This document shows positions 8,541 to 18,624 of a stretch of DNA of 64,000 nt, one piece after another. Origin of the DNA: a virus (lineage: Duplodnaviria; Caudoviricetes); IMG/VR virus record IMGVR_UViG_3300024346_000003; one strand, given 5' to 3'. Numbering within the stretch: position 1 is the first letter of the stretch; every line of letters begins with the position of its first letter. A program made the position numbers and the translations under genes. The notes under the pieces were generated by a model. The model ran no database searches and was not told where the DNA came from. It worked only from the letters and a program-made list of their open reading frames with translations.

Positions 8541-11060
8541 ATGAATAGAGAGATTATACCAAAATTAAAAATCATTATCGGTGAAGCTGTTAAAGAAGCT
8601 CGATTGATGGATGATACACTAGTAAAGCCAGAACACATACTAATTTCAATAATTAATGACAATGATAATGCGTGTTCAGATACATTAAAAAGTCTAGGAC
8701 TTAATTTAGTATTACTTAATGATTGTTTAATTCTTGAAGTTAGAAATTCAAATCTAACACCTAGAATTGATAATAGCACTAAAGTAACCGTACCTTTTAG
8801 TAAAGAAAGTAAATTATTATTTAAAGCTGTTGATTTTGAATCTAAAAGTTTAGGTGATAACCACATAGACACAACACACATCATGATGGCTATGTTAAAT
8901 ACAAATAACAAATTAAATATTAGAAAATTATTAAATAGTACTGGGATTTATTATGATAAATTTATAAGCGCAGTTAAACAAATACGAGATATGTTGAATG
9001 AAGAAAATAATTCATCAGATGATGAAAGTGAATTTGATTATTCTAATAGTGAGAATGATAGAAAAGATAAAAAACCAAAAAGAAGTGCACCTAGTAAAAC
9101 ACCAGTTCTAGATAATTTCTGTACCGATATTACAAAATTAGTTGATGAAAATAAAATTGACCCAGTTGTTGGTAGAAATAAAGAAATTAAAAGAGTTACT
9201 CAGATTTTATCAAGGAGAAAGAAAAATAATCCAGTATTAATCGGTGAAGCTGGTGTTGGTAAAAGTAGTATTGTTGAGGGTATCGCATTATTAATTAAAA
9301 GTGGGTCAGTACCCAGAACATTAATGGGTAAAAAAATCTATTCATTAGATTTGGCATCAGTTGTTGCTGGTACTAAATACCGAGGTCAATTTGAAGAGCG
9401 AATTATAGCTATTTTAGATGAACTAAAAGTTAATACTGATATAATCTTATTCATTGACGAATTACACACCTTTATAGGTGCTGGAAATGCATCAGGTTCG
9501 CTAGATGCATCAAACATATTCAAACCAGCATTGGCTAGAGGTGAAATTCAAGTAATTGGTGCAACAACATTAGATGAATTTAGAGAGCACATCGAAAAAG
9601 ATAGTGCATTAACTAGAAGATTCCAACAAGTATTGGTCGAAGCAACTACCGTAGAAGAAACTAAAATTATCTTAAATAATATTAAAGATAAATATGAAAA
9701 ATACCATAAAGTAACTTATACACCTGAAGCTATTGACGAATGTGTTAAAATGGCTGATAGATATATTACCGATAGAGCTATGCCAGATAAAGCAATTGAT
9801 GTTTTAGATGAAGCTGGTGCAAGTACAAATATTGCACATGAACTTCCAGAAAATATTAAAAAACTAGAACTTAAAAAAGATGACATATTAAAAAAGAAAT
9901 TAGAGGTTGTCCAAAAACAAAAATACGAAGAAGCTGCTGAACTTAGAGATGAGGAAAGAAAGGTGAATGAAGATTTAGACAAAGCTAAAAAGAATTGGAT
10001 AGAATCTTTAGATAAAAAAAGAACAATAATTGATGTTAATTTAATTGCTGAAACAGTATCAACAATGACTGGAATTCCATTAAGTAAAATCTCCTCACAA
10101 GAGAATAAAAAACTTATGTCAATGGATAAGGATTTGATGGGTAAAGTAATTGGTCAAGATGATGCAGTACTTAAAGTGATTAAAGCTATCAAAAGAAATC
10201 GTTTAGGTATTAGAAATAGAAATAAACCAATCGGTTCATTTATTTTCTTAGGACCAACTGGTGTTGGTAAAACACATTTAAGTAAATTATTAACTGAAGA
10301 GATATTTGGTGATTCAGATGCATTAATTCGTATTGATATGAGTGAATACATGGAAAAACATTCAGTATCTAAATTAATTGGTTCACCTCCAGGATATGTT
10401 GGGTTTGAACAAGGTGGTCAATTAACTGAAAAAGTTAGAAGAAAACCATATTCAGTTATTTTATTTGATGAAATTGAAAAGGCACATGATGATGTATTCA
10501 ATATCTTACTACAATTACTAGATGAAGGTCAATTAACTGATAGTTTTGGTAGAAAAATAAACTTCAAAAATTGTCTAATAATACTTACATCAAATGTTGG
10601 TGCTAAAGAATTGACTAGCTTTGGTAAATCTATGGGGTTCCAAACTGATTCTGTTATTTCTAATGAAGAAGAAAGAACTCGTTCAATTATTGAAAAAGCA
10701 CTTAAAAAGAAATTCAAACCAGAATTCTTAAATAGACTTGATGAAATTATAGTCTTTAATAGCTTAAAAGAGGAAGATATTCATAAAATAATCTATAACG
10801 AACTTGATAAATTAAAAGAACGTGTATTAGAAATGGGTTATAATATTAAAATAAATAAATCAGCTATAGAATTTGTTGCTAAAAATGGGTATGATGAAGC
10901 TTATGGTGCCAGACCATTAAATAGAGCAATCCAAAGATACATTGAGGACCCAATTGCTGATGAAATTTTAAGTGGTAATTTCAAGGAAGGTGAAACTATA
11001 AACATAACCTTAGATAAAACCAAAAACGAAATAGTAATCAAAGGAGATAAAACTAAATAA
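8541..11060 (+). CDS. clpC: ClpC/ClpB-family AAA+ ATPase (ClpC-like with UVR middle domain)
   Basis: Clp N-domain, Walker A GEAGVGKS and GPTGVGKT, FIDELH, RRFQ, QKYEEAAELRDEE, RIDMSEYMEKHSVSKLIGSPPGYVG, YGARPLNRAIQ. Confidence 0.93.
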   Translation: MNREIIPKLKIIIGEAVKEARLMDDTLVKPEHILISIINDNDNACSDTLKSLGLNLVLLNDCLILEVRNSNLTPRIDNSTKVTVPFSKESKLLFKAVDFESKSLGDNHIDTTHIMMAMLNTNNKLNIRKLLNSTGIYYDKFISAVKQIRDMLNEENNSSDDESEFDYSNSENDRKDKKPKRSAPSKTPVLDNFCTDITKLVDENKIDPVVGRNKEIKRVTQILSRRKKNNPVLIGEAGVGKSSIVEGIALLIKSGSVPRTLMGKKIYSLDLASVVAGTKYRGQFEERIIAILDELKVNTDIILFIDELHTFIGAGNASGSLDASNIFKPALARGEIQVIGATTLDEFREHIEKDSALTRRFQQVLVEATTVEETKIILNNIKDKYEKYHKVTYTPEAIDECVKMADRYITDRAMPDKAIDVLDEAGASTNIAHELPENIKKLELKKDDILKKKLEVVQKQKYEEAAELRDEERKVNEDLDKAKKNWIESLDKKRTIIDVNLIAETVSTMTGIPLSKISSQENKKLMSMDKDLMGKVIGQDDAVLKVIKAIKRNRLGIRNRNKPIGSFIFLGPTGVGKTHLSKLLTEEIFGDSDALIRIDMSEYMEKHSVSKLIGSPPGYVGFEQGGQLTEKVRRKPYSVILFDEIEKAHDDVFNILLQLLDEGQLTDSFGRKINFKNCLIILTSNVGAKELTSFGKSMGFQTDSVISNEEERTRSIIEKALKKKFKPEFLNRLDEIIVFNSLKEEDIHKIIYNELDKLKERVLEMGYNIKINKSAIEFVAKNGYDEAYGARPLNRAIQRYIEDPIADEILSGNFKEGETINITLDKTKNEIVIKGDKTK

Positions 11061-11063
11061 TTA

Positions 11064-11087
11064 AAAACCCACAATTGTGGGTTTTTT
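11064..11087 (+). terminator. intrinsic terminator
   Basis: AAAAACCCACAATTGTGGGTTTTT perfect hairpin with T tract. Confidence 0.8.
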
Positions 11088-11090
11088 TAT

Positions 11091-11098
11091 ATATTTAT
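11091..11098 (+). promoter_or_regulatory. putative late promoter ATATTTAT (example copy)
   Basis: same octamer just upstream of about ten genes (4992, 12540, 14973, 15705, 18051, 18608, 27331, 27365, 36647, 46049). Confidence 0.6.
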
Positions 11099-11102
11099 AA
11101 TT

Positions 11103-11492
11103 ATGATTGAAGAAATTCTAAATAATAAGTTTTCAGACTATTTAACAGGTCTAGATATATACGAAGATGGTAAGAGTATAAAACTAGCTAGAATCGTAAT
11201 TAAAGATGAATTTAGAGGTAGTGGTGTTGGGTCAGATATAATGAGTGACTTAATAAATTACGCTGATAATAATAAAAAGATTATAACCTTAACACCATCA
11301 TCTGATTTTGGTGGTAATAAAAATCGACTTATTCAATTTTATAAAAGATTCGGATTTAAACCGAATAAAGGTGTTCATAAAAGTTATGAATATATGGATG
11401 TGATGATTAGGTGGCCTAAAATAAACGAAGGGTCCCCAACGAAGACCCTTATCAAAGATTTACTTAGAGAAAGTTTAATTAATTTTAGATAA
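11103..11492 (+). CDS. GNAT-fold acetyltransferase-like protein
   Basis: acetyl-CoA motif EFRGSGVGSDIM and LIQFYKRFGF; C-terminal IKDLLRES motif. Confidence 0.7.
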   Translation: MIEEILNNKFSDYLTGLDIYEDGKSIKLARIVIKDEFRGSGVGSDIMSDLINYADNNKKIITLTPSSDFGGNKNRLIQFYKRFGFKPNKGVHKSYEYMDVMIRWPKINEGSPTKTLIKDLLRESLINFR

Positions 11493-12170
11493 TTTATTTT
11501 TAATACCCACTATATAATGGTGATTACTAATTTTATGACCAGAATTGATGTAACTTTGATACCCACCTGGCCCAGCATTATATTTAACTAGTGCATTTTC
11601 AGGTAAACCAGATTTCATATTTCTATTCATCATATAACCCCAAAACACTAAATTATTATTTTTATTTGATAACCATTTAACTGATTGTGAATATGTAGTA
11701 GGTTTAACTAAGGTTGAATCACCACTCAAATATCTAAATACTTTGATATCATTATCAGTAACTAATTTAGTCATTATTGCTAGACCAGATTTAGGTGATA
11801 TTTGAGCAATACCAATATGACCACCACTACCAACATTTACCACACCATTTTTATAATGCTTTGAACCAGACTCAATGATTATTTGACCGACAAATAATTT
11901 AAATCCTATCTGAGTGGTATCCAGATTATAAAATTCACAAACCTTTATAAATTGTGTTACAGTTTGCGAATCAATTTCTGGATTGTAATGACTAAATGCT
12001 TTATATGCAAAAGTATAATTAGGGTCAATTGTGATAATACTATCTTTTGATTCTTTAGTACTATCAAAATCATAACTTTTATTAGTTAAAATTGTTGGCT
12101 TACCATTAGGTATAATTAAACTTGTTGATACAAAAATCGCTAAAAATAATAGTTTATTTAAATTTTTCAT
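11475..12170 (-). CDS. secreted lytic transglycosylase (SLT-like)
   Basis: N-terminal signal/TM segment; IIIESG catalytic Glu, GIAQI, ALVKYNAGPG motifs. Confidence 0.75.
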   Translation of the reverse strand: MKNLNKLLFLAIFVSTSLIIPNGKPTILTNKSYDFDSTKESKDSIITIDPNYTFAYKAFSHYNPEIDSQTVTQFIKVCEFYNLDTTQIGFKLFVGQIIIESGSKHYKNGVVNVGSGGHIGIAQISPKSGLAIMTKLVTDNDIKVFRYLSGDSTLVKPTTYSQSVKWLSNKNNNLVFWGYMMNRNMKSGLPENALVKYNAGPGGYQSYINSGHKISNHHYIVGIKNKLSKIN

Positions 12171-12298
12171 ATATTTTTTTTTACAAATATACTAATTAAT
12201 TATCATATTTGCAAATATATCAGATACTTGAGGTATATACAATAAAATAGCCGTGGATATAAATACCCACAGCTATAGTTTTAATTTAAAATTAAATA

Positions 12299-12499
12299 TT
12301 ACTTATTACCTTTAGCGATTTCTGAAATCGTTTTTTCTAATTTAGCGATTTTAGATTCTAACAAACTAGCTTTTTTAGCTTCTTGCTCAGCAATCCATTC
12401 ACCTTTCTTTTTCTCAACCGCTTCTTTTACGATGTTATCGATTAAATCAACTAACGCTGATTCTTTGATTTGTACTGTTTTGTTTGTGTTTTTTGACAT
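12299..12499 (-). CDS. small coiled-coil late protein
   Basis: 66-aa ORF after ATATTTAT. Confidence 0.7.
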   Translation of the reverse strand: MSKNTNKTVQIKESALVDLIDNIVKEAVEKKKGEWIAEQEAKKASLLESKIAKLEKTISEIAKGNK

Positions 12500-12583
12500 G
12501 TCTTAAAGTTTATAAAAATTTTTATTACTCTTGTATATTATAAATATAACATTTTTAACAAAAAGACAAAATAAAAATAAAAA

Positions 12584-13108
12584 TTAGCACAATTTATCAG
12601 CACCCTTGGTTGCAGCCCACGCATCAGGTTTAACTTTAAAATCATACCCCATACCTAACATATAACCAACCGCTTCACTTAACGCTTTATTAGAATCAAA
12701 TCTAACATCTGGATTTATATCAGCATGTATCTCAAGTTTAATATCATATAAATCTAATAACGGTGAAATTTCACAAGCAATCTCAATTGTTTTAGCAACT
12801 TCCTTCATCATTCGTTCCTTAACACCTTCTTTACCTTTCTTTTGTGTTGCATCAAAATATGCACCACCGATTACCATACCACCTTTACCTTGGTGAATAT
12901 CTCTACCAAATTTATCTTTACCAATATTTTCAGTTAATGCAACAACTATAGCTGTCGCAAATTGGTATCCAACACCTCTTCTTTTTGAGTCAGTACCAAT
13001 ACATACTTTTATCCCATAACCTTTTGCCATTTCTTCTTCAAATATTTTTTCTAAATATTCAACTATTGGTTCATTAATAAACCCTTTTGAAACTCTCTTC
13101 CATTTCAT
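12584..13108 (-). CDS. RNase H-like YkuK/DUF458 family protein
   Basis: VCIGTDS, LEIHADIN, VKPDAWAATKGAD motifs. Confidence 0.8.
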   Translation of the reverse strand: MKWKRVSKGFINEPIVEYLEKIFEEEMAKGYGIKVCIGTDSKRRGVGYQFATAIVVALTENIGKDKFGRDIHQGKGGMVIGGAYFDATQKKGKEGVKERMMKEVAKTIEIACEISPLLDLYDIKLEIHADINPDVRFDSNKALSEAVGYMLGMGYDFKVKPDAWAATKGADKLC

Positions 13109-13152
13109 AACTTTTAATTTTTAATTTTTTTATCAATAAAAAACCCCCAGTG

Positions 13153-14553
13153 TTATTGGGGGTTCGTTATAATTGTATTCGGTAGTAACCGCCTCAATTT
13201 ATTATAATTCTCATCCCCTATATCTTTTATGCTAACCGCAACTCTATGTAACTTCCCACCATTCGACTTATCTAAATATTTAATCGTATCTGGAATATCA
13301 ATAATTCTATTACCCAAAATATTTAAAAATATTAAATTTTTAAGATTACCAATCTCTCTGGGTATCGTGGTTAGTTTATTATCTCTAACCACCATGACCT
13401 CAAGATTTGGTAATGAACACACCGATGGGTGTATAGATACCAAATTGGTATTATGCATCTCCAGTGTCTCCAAATTTTTAAATCTACTTAAATCTCCCAT
13501 TTTAGGTACTTCTCTATCTCTAAATATTATTATAGGTGTAGTATCTTCGATTACCTCAAATAAACTATCACTAAATCCAAATTTAATTAAATGGTTTAAA
13601 TATGTATTATTACCGATAGACCTAACCATCTTTGACAAGTTAATTAACTCATCATGGAAATAATTACTTAAACCATCACTATGCATCAAAACAGAATCAA
13701 ATATTCCACTATTTTGAATTGTGTTTTTTCTATTCTTAACCTGGTTACTTTCAAAATGTATCTGATACAATGTATCATCATTTAATTCACCATTAAAAAA
13801 CTCATTGTTAATAATTATGTAGATTTTCGATTTTTTACCATTTGGTGTCTTATAATTTGTTGTATAATTCTGAAACATACCATTCCCAGATTTACACGTA
13901 CACCAATTGGCAAATGAATCAAATACTACACTAGCATCCCTAGTTAAAGGGATATAAACTGTGTATTTCCTATCTCTAACACCTATTTCAGCTTGACCAG
14001 AGTCAACAAATTTATATAATAATCGTTCAATACCAGAAGCATCCCTAACAATAAATGGGTCAACAGCATCAAATAATTGACTTAATGATTTATACTGATT
14101 TATATCAGTTGGGTCACTTAAATCTTTTAATATATAACTACCACTACATAAATTTTTAAATTTTTGTTTTCTTTTATTCCCTTCAAATATTTCTAAATAT
14201 TCTTTAGCCAATGGCAAATCTTCAACAACAAATCTAATAGCCTCAATTATTTTATCTGATTTTAATAACCTATTAAAAGTTGTTAACATCCATTGAGTAT
14301 ACATCTTGTTTAGTGTTGGGTCTGAATCAATCATAACATCAAAAATGTGTTTTGATATGCTAAAATTCTTCTTTACCTTATCACCAACCTCAATAGAAGA
14401 TATCAATGCTAAACAGATTTCATCATCAGACTTAACTTTAGTAACATCATAACCATTACCATTAAGTTTCACAATCTTTGTCTCTAAAATTTTAGTGTCA
14501 AAAATGTCAAACTTATCTGATAAAAATTGTAACCTATCTGTTATTGATGTCAT
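13153..14553 (-). CDS. leucine-rich-repeat protein
   Basis: C-terminal LxxLxLxxN repeats (LETLEMHNTNL, LEVMVVRDNKL, LIFLNILGNRI); N-terminal region with NWCT motif. Confidence 0.8.
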   Translation of the reverse strand: MTSITDRLQFLSDKFDIFDTKILETKIVKLNGNGYDVTKVKSDDEICLALISSIEVGDKVKKNFSISKHIFDVMIDSDPTLNKMYTQWMLTTFNRLLKSDKIIEAIRFVVEDLPLAKEYLEIFEGNKRKQKFKNLCSGSYILKDLSDPTDINQYKSLSQLFDAVDPFIVRDASGIERLLYKFVDSGQAEIGVRDRKYTVYIPLTRDASVVFDSFANWCTCKSGNGMFQNYTTNYKTPNGKKSKIYIIINNEFFNGELNDDTLYQIHFESNQVKNRKNTIQNSGIFDSVLMHSDGLSNYFHDELINLSKMVRSIGNNTYLNHLIKFGFSDSLFEVIEDTTPIIIFRDREVPKMGDLSRFKNLETLEMHNTNLVSIHPSVCSLPNLEVMVVRDNKLTTIPREIGNLKNLIFLNILGNRIIDIPDTIKYLDKSNGGKLHRVAVSIKDIGDENYNKLRRLLPNTIITNPQ

Positions 14554-14605
14554 TTATTTAAATTTAAAAACAAATATACTAAATCTAAAGTAAAATATCA
14601 AGTAA

Positions 14606-14941
14606 TTATATAAATCTATTTATTAAATCTTCCTCCAGAAAAGTTTCAATCTGTGGTTTAATTACCCAAAATAGGTGATTATCTGTACAAAACTTATCGA
14701 TTATATCAAGCATAACTAAATTAGGATTTTCACCATCAGTAATTCTATATTTAACTTCCTCAAAAGAATTATATTTTCCAATACTAACCAAACCATTCAT
14801 AATTATATTGTATATTTCCCATCTATCCATATCTTTCTCATTCGAGTCCCACATGGAGTTTATTGCAAAATTTCTATATAGCTTGTCAAGCCTACTAAAT
14901 TTGCCAGAACTAGTTTTAATTGTTAAATTAAATTCTTTCAT
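14606..14941 (-). CDS. hypothetical protein
   Basis: 111-aa ORF after ATATTTAT; weak similarity to 15023-15343 (KYRITD vs QYKLTD). Confidence 0.7.
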   Translation of the reverse strand: MKEFNLTIKTSSGKFSRLDKLYRNFAINSMWDSNEKDMDRWEIYNIIMNGLVSIGKYNSFEEVKYRITDGENPNLVMLDIIDKFCTDNHLFWVIKPQIETFLEEDLINRFI

Positions 14942-15022
14942 CTGTCTACTATTTTAGTGTTTGTTATTAATGATAAATATCAACACACACTAGCTAAATC
15001 TATAAAATTGATTATATTTTCT

Positions 15023-15343
15023 TTAGAAATTGTTAATTTTATTATACAATCTATAAAGTTCTGGACTTAAGTTTTTTAACTCATTTAAAACCTGGATACA
15101 TGCCTCATTTGGTGGGATATTATCGGTTAATTTATATTGCAATTCCTTAACCTTAAGGGCATCTTTTATATTATATTTTAATTCTAAAATAACTTGATTG
15201 TAAGTGGCCCATTCATTTTTGGTTTTTAAATCACCATTGAATAAATTTTCAGTTATTTTATCTTCATATGCATGCTCTAAATAAGTATCAAATGGGCCAT
15301 ATACTTCCCTTAATTTTTCCCTTATTTTGGCGTTAATGTTCAC
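15023..15343 (-). CDS. hypothetical protein
   Basis: 106-aa ORF. Confidence 0.7.
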   Translation of the reverse strand: MNINAKIREKLREVYGPFDTYLEHAYEDKITENLFNGDLKTKNEWATYNQVILELKYNIKDALKVKELQYKLTDNIPPNEACIQVLNELKNLSPELYRLYNKINNF

Positions 15344-15353
15344 AACATCTATC

Positions 15354-15698
15354 TTACTTTAGTGTTATATTTTTAGATAACATACCATCTTTAATTTCAT
15401 CACGGTACCAATCATCAATTACTTGCTTAAGAAATTCTTCACCACAAATTCCATGGTAGGTATACTTAAAATAATCTAAAAGGTCTTTAGCGTTAATTAT
15501 GCTATCATCAGCTTTGACTTTAAATCTAGGTTGTTCATTATAGTCATGATAATCTTTCACTATAGCAGTTACCTTTTCGTAGTTGTTATTTAAGTTATCT
15601 AAAACTTCATCCAATACAATATGATAATCCCCTTCCTTAATCAAGGGTTTTATAATTTTATTATACTGCGATTCCGTTATTATAATTTTCTTTATCAT
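15354..15698 (-). CDS. hypothetical late protein
   Basis: MIKKIIITESQY leader; ATATTTAT 7 nt upstream. Confidence 0.7.
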   Translation of the reverse strand: MIKKIIITESQYNKIIKPLIKEGDYHIVLDEVLDNLNNNYEKVTAIVKDYHDYNEQPRFKVKADDSIINAKDLLDYFKYTYHGICGEEFLKQVIDDWYRDEIKDGMLSKNITLK

Positions 15699-15750
15699 TA
15701 TAATATAAATATCAGTATAAAACAAAAAAAGCGGGAAAACCCGCTTTAAA

Positions 15751-16059
15751 TTATTCTATAAAAATCCTTAAACCCTCAAGGGTTTGTGAACCAGATATTC
15801 GTCTATCAACATTACCACCCTTAAATAATACTAATGTTGGGATACTCCTAATTTGATACTGTAATGCTAATGAGTTATTATCATCAACGTTAAGCTTTAC
15901 GACCACAACTGAGTCAGTTTCATTTGCTAGGTCTTCTAATAATGGACCAATCGTTTTACAAGGTCCACACCATGGGGCCCAAAAATCTACTAAAACTGGT
16001 TTAGCTGATTTCAACACTAATTCTTCAAAATTAGTTAAATTTACTTCTTGTACTTTCAT
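15751..16059 (-). CDS. trxA: thioredoxin
   Basis: VLVDFWAPWCGPCK, IRSIPTLVLFKGG. Confidence 0.95.
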   Translation of the reverse strand: MKVQEVNLTNFEELVLKSAKPVLVDFWAPWCGPCKTIGPLLEDLANETDSVVVVKLNVDDNNSLALQYQIRSIPTLVLFKGGNVDRRISGSQTLEGLRIFIE

Positions 16060-16072
16060 AACTTTTTATTTA

Positions 16073-16420
16073 TTAAATATTTTTAGATGCACTAAAAACT
16101 GTATTTACTAAAGATATTGATTCATAAGATTTTTCCCAAACCTTATCATTTAAAAAATCATACATATAATTTGCTGATTCTTCATTTGTCAAACCAAAAA
16201 AAATTGATAACCTACCCAAAACCTTATTTAATATTAAATTATCAGTTTTACTAAATGGTAAACTAAATATCATTTTATCAGATAATGATTTACACATATT
16301 TCTAAATGTTTGGTAACCCAAAGCACGAGTAGACCTGTTAATCGATGTTGAACTAAATCTAAACTCATCGTATAAAAAATCACAAATATGGTATAAAACA
16401 ATCTTGTCAAACTTATTCAT
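16073..16420 (-). CDS. hypothetical protein
   Basis: 115-aa ORF. Confidence 0.65.
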   Translation of the reverse strand: MNKFDKIVLYHICDFLYDEFRFSSTSINRSTRALGYQTFRNMCKSLSDKMIFSLPFSKTDNLILNKVLGRLSIFFGLTNEESANYMYDFLNDKVWEKSYESISLVNTVFSASKNI

Positions 16421-16506
16421 TAGGTTGATATTTTTATTTTTTTAAAATTACTATTTAAAATTTAAAAAAACATATTTATTTAAGTAAAATGTTATAATTA
16501 AAATGG

Positions 16507-16818
16507 ATGAGGAAGTTAAGACCACAGAAAAAGACGAATGGGAAGAGTTTGGTGACCATACCATCACTAGTTTCTGATAATATAATAAATAATCTGGTAT
16601 TTAAATACCTGAAAAATGTTTATCCAATATTACGAATAAAAATAGATGGAAAGTTTAAAAGAGCTATAATGGTTAACAGTATTTGTTATTCAGTATCCCA
16701 ACATAAAAATAGTTTTATCCCAACGATAGTTAACGACATATCTAGAACATTCGATTTAGAACATATCGATTCCAAATCAGTTGTATTCGATTACTTCAAA
16801 TTTAAAACTTACCTGTAG
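16507..16818 (+). CDS. hypothetical protein
   Basis: 103-aa ORF. Confidence 0.55.
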   Translation: MRKLRPQKKTNGKSLVTIPSLVSDNIINNLVFKYLKNVYPILRIKIDGKFKRAIMVNSICYSVSQHKNSFIPTIVNDISRTFDLEHIDSKSVVFDYFKFKTYL

Positions 16819-16953
16819 TGTTATAAAGGTATAAAGACCTTAAATAATATAGGAAGAATAAAATTCCAGCCATAAAGGAAAACGTTGTTTTAGCTGAATA
16901 GATAACATATAATGATATTATTATCATCGTGTGGTAAAATAATTTGTTCATAA

Positions 16954-17529
16954 TCACCAAGATTCTATTTTTTTAAATTTTAACTCTGAAATGTATGTGT
17001 AATTTTGGTTGTCTATTGACGTATAACCCTCTTGAATATAGAAATACACAGTCGAATCAGAATAGTCGCATATAGTGGCTGTAATTGGCCTAGAAGAACC
17101 ACCCATTTGCATATTAGCAGATGTTGATTGTGGATTTTCCATAATTGTCCAGTTATTATTAGTTACATAAAAACCATATGGGTTTTGAGTGTCACCATTC
17201 AATACAAAATCACCATAACCTGGAACACTTGGTGGTTGATAAAAAGACCAAGTAGTTACATTAATCTCAATAGCTTCAATGTCAAATAATGAACCATCAT
17301 AATTTAAACTACTTGTGGTTTTACCTGGACCAAAATGGTCATATTTTGTTTTTTGACCAGTTTCCATGTTTTCAACGTACATAGAACCACCAACTAATAC
17401 CCATTTTCCATATATACCAATTTCTTGATTAACTTCAGTTGGTACTTGAGAGTTTGGTTGAATATCTTCCTTCTTACAAGAAGTTAAAACCAAAAATGAT
17501 GCGATAATTAAATAAATTAAACTTTTCAT
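16954..17529 (-). CDS. lipoprotein (Bacteroidota-type signal, lipocalin-like start)
   Basis: MKSLIYLIIASFLVLTS-C-KKED lipobox; IYGKWVLVG motif. Confidence 0.75.
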   Translation of the reverse strand: MKSLIYLIIASFLVLTSCKKEDIQPNSQVPTEVNQEIGIYGKWVLVGGSMYVENMETGQKTKYDHFGPGKTTSSLNYDGSLFDIEAIEINVTTWSFYQPPSVPGYGDFVLNGDTQNPYGFYVTNNNWTIMENPQSTSANMQMGGSSRPITATICDYSDSTVYFYIQEGYTSIDNQNYTYISELKFKKIESW

Positions 17530-17591
17530 ATTATGTATTTTTTAATGTTTATATTACAAATATAAGTATAATTTATTAATCTACCAAATTT

Positions 17592-18035
17592 TTAATCTAA
17601 ATTTATTGATTCAATATCTGAAAACACTTCTTTAGTCTTTTCATTATCGTCAACAAAATTACCTAAATCATTTATTATTGTTAATAACACATTTATTTTA
17701 TCCATATTTTTGTAGTATACTTTCTCTAAAGCATTATGCGTTGGTTCCCACTTATCATAATAAGTATCCTCATCAAATGATTTAAAATATTGCTCAAATT
17801 CAGCAGATATTTTTGAATTTTGAGCATCTAACGAATAAACCATATTATAAACAGGGTTAATTTCAACCTCACCATTTATTAGTTCAGCAACGTTAATAAA
17901 ACTAATACTATTATATGTCTTATTTAATTGATTTGTTATATTAACTAATCTACTATTATAATCAGCAATAGTATTTTCACCTTCCTTTAATAATTCCAGC
18001 ATCTTAAGTTGTGCTTCAGTAATAATAATCTTCAT
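17592..18035 (-). CDS. hypothetical late protein
   Basis: MKIIITEAQL leader; ATATTTAT upstream. Confidence 0.7.
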   Translation of the reverse strand: MKIIITEAQLKMLELLKEGENTIADYNSRLVNITNQLNKTYNSISFINVAELINGEVEINPVYNMVYSLDAQNSKISAEFEQYFKSFDEDTYYDKWEPTHNALEKVYYKNMDKINVLLTIINDLGNFVDDNEKTKEVFSDIESINLD

Positions 18036-18082
18036 AAAAATATTTTATTGATAAATATCAAGCAATTATCATATGTTTAAAT

Positions 18083-18571
18083 TTATTTTGTTAAACTTTT
18101 AGGAATCACCCTAACCTTAAAATATTTTTTAAATTGATATCTAGGTATTAAATACCCTTTTGTATTACTACCTAAATCACCACTATCATTGTGCACTTTA
18201 AATTCATTTTCAGAAATTAACTCACGTAACTTGTCTGATTTAATATACCACATCTCACGAAAGTGCTTAAAATATGTTACAAACCATTCAGCTTTTGTTA
18301 CAGTAATACCACTATCCTTACCCCTAGATGCAAATTCAATGAATATATTACCAGTATCAAAATCAGGTCTACAAAATACATCAGTTTTAATTTCATAACT
18401 AACTAATTTATAAGTTGATGAGCCCCTAATGGGCATTTTCATTATTAAATCATGTGAATTATCTTTATTATCTTCAACAAACTCACCACCAACTGATTCC
18501 AAGTCTAATCTAACTCGATATTCACCTTCTTCACCCAGTTCAATATCTTTTTCAAAATTATAATTTGCCAT
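18083..18571 (-). CDS. putative PD-(D/E)xK nuclease-like protein
   Basis: D..(x)n..EIKTD followed by NIFIEF pattern. Confidence 0.5.
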   Translation of the reverse strand: MANYNFEKDIELGEEGEYRVRLDLESVGGEFVEDNKDNSHDLIMKMPIRGSSTYKLVSYEIKTDVFCRPDFDTGNIFIEFASRGKDSGITVTKAEWFVTYFKHFREMWYIKSDKLRELISENEFKVHNDSGDLGSNTKGYLIPRYQFKKYFKVRVIPKSLTK

Positions 18572-18624
18572 AAATGCAAAGATATGTGAATTTTATTAAT
18601 AAAGCAAATATTTATTGATGTATT

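Noticed and set aside
8480-8911. Opposite-strand and nested ORFs in the track (e.g. 388-597, 8480-8911, 13229-13663, 9716-9982, 36673-36960)
   Set aside because: They are shadows of well-supported genes on the other strand or frame, with no promoter module and atypical composition.
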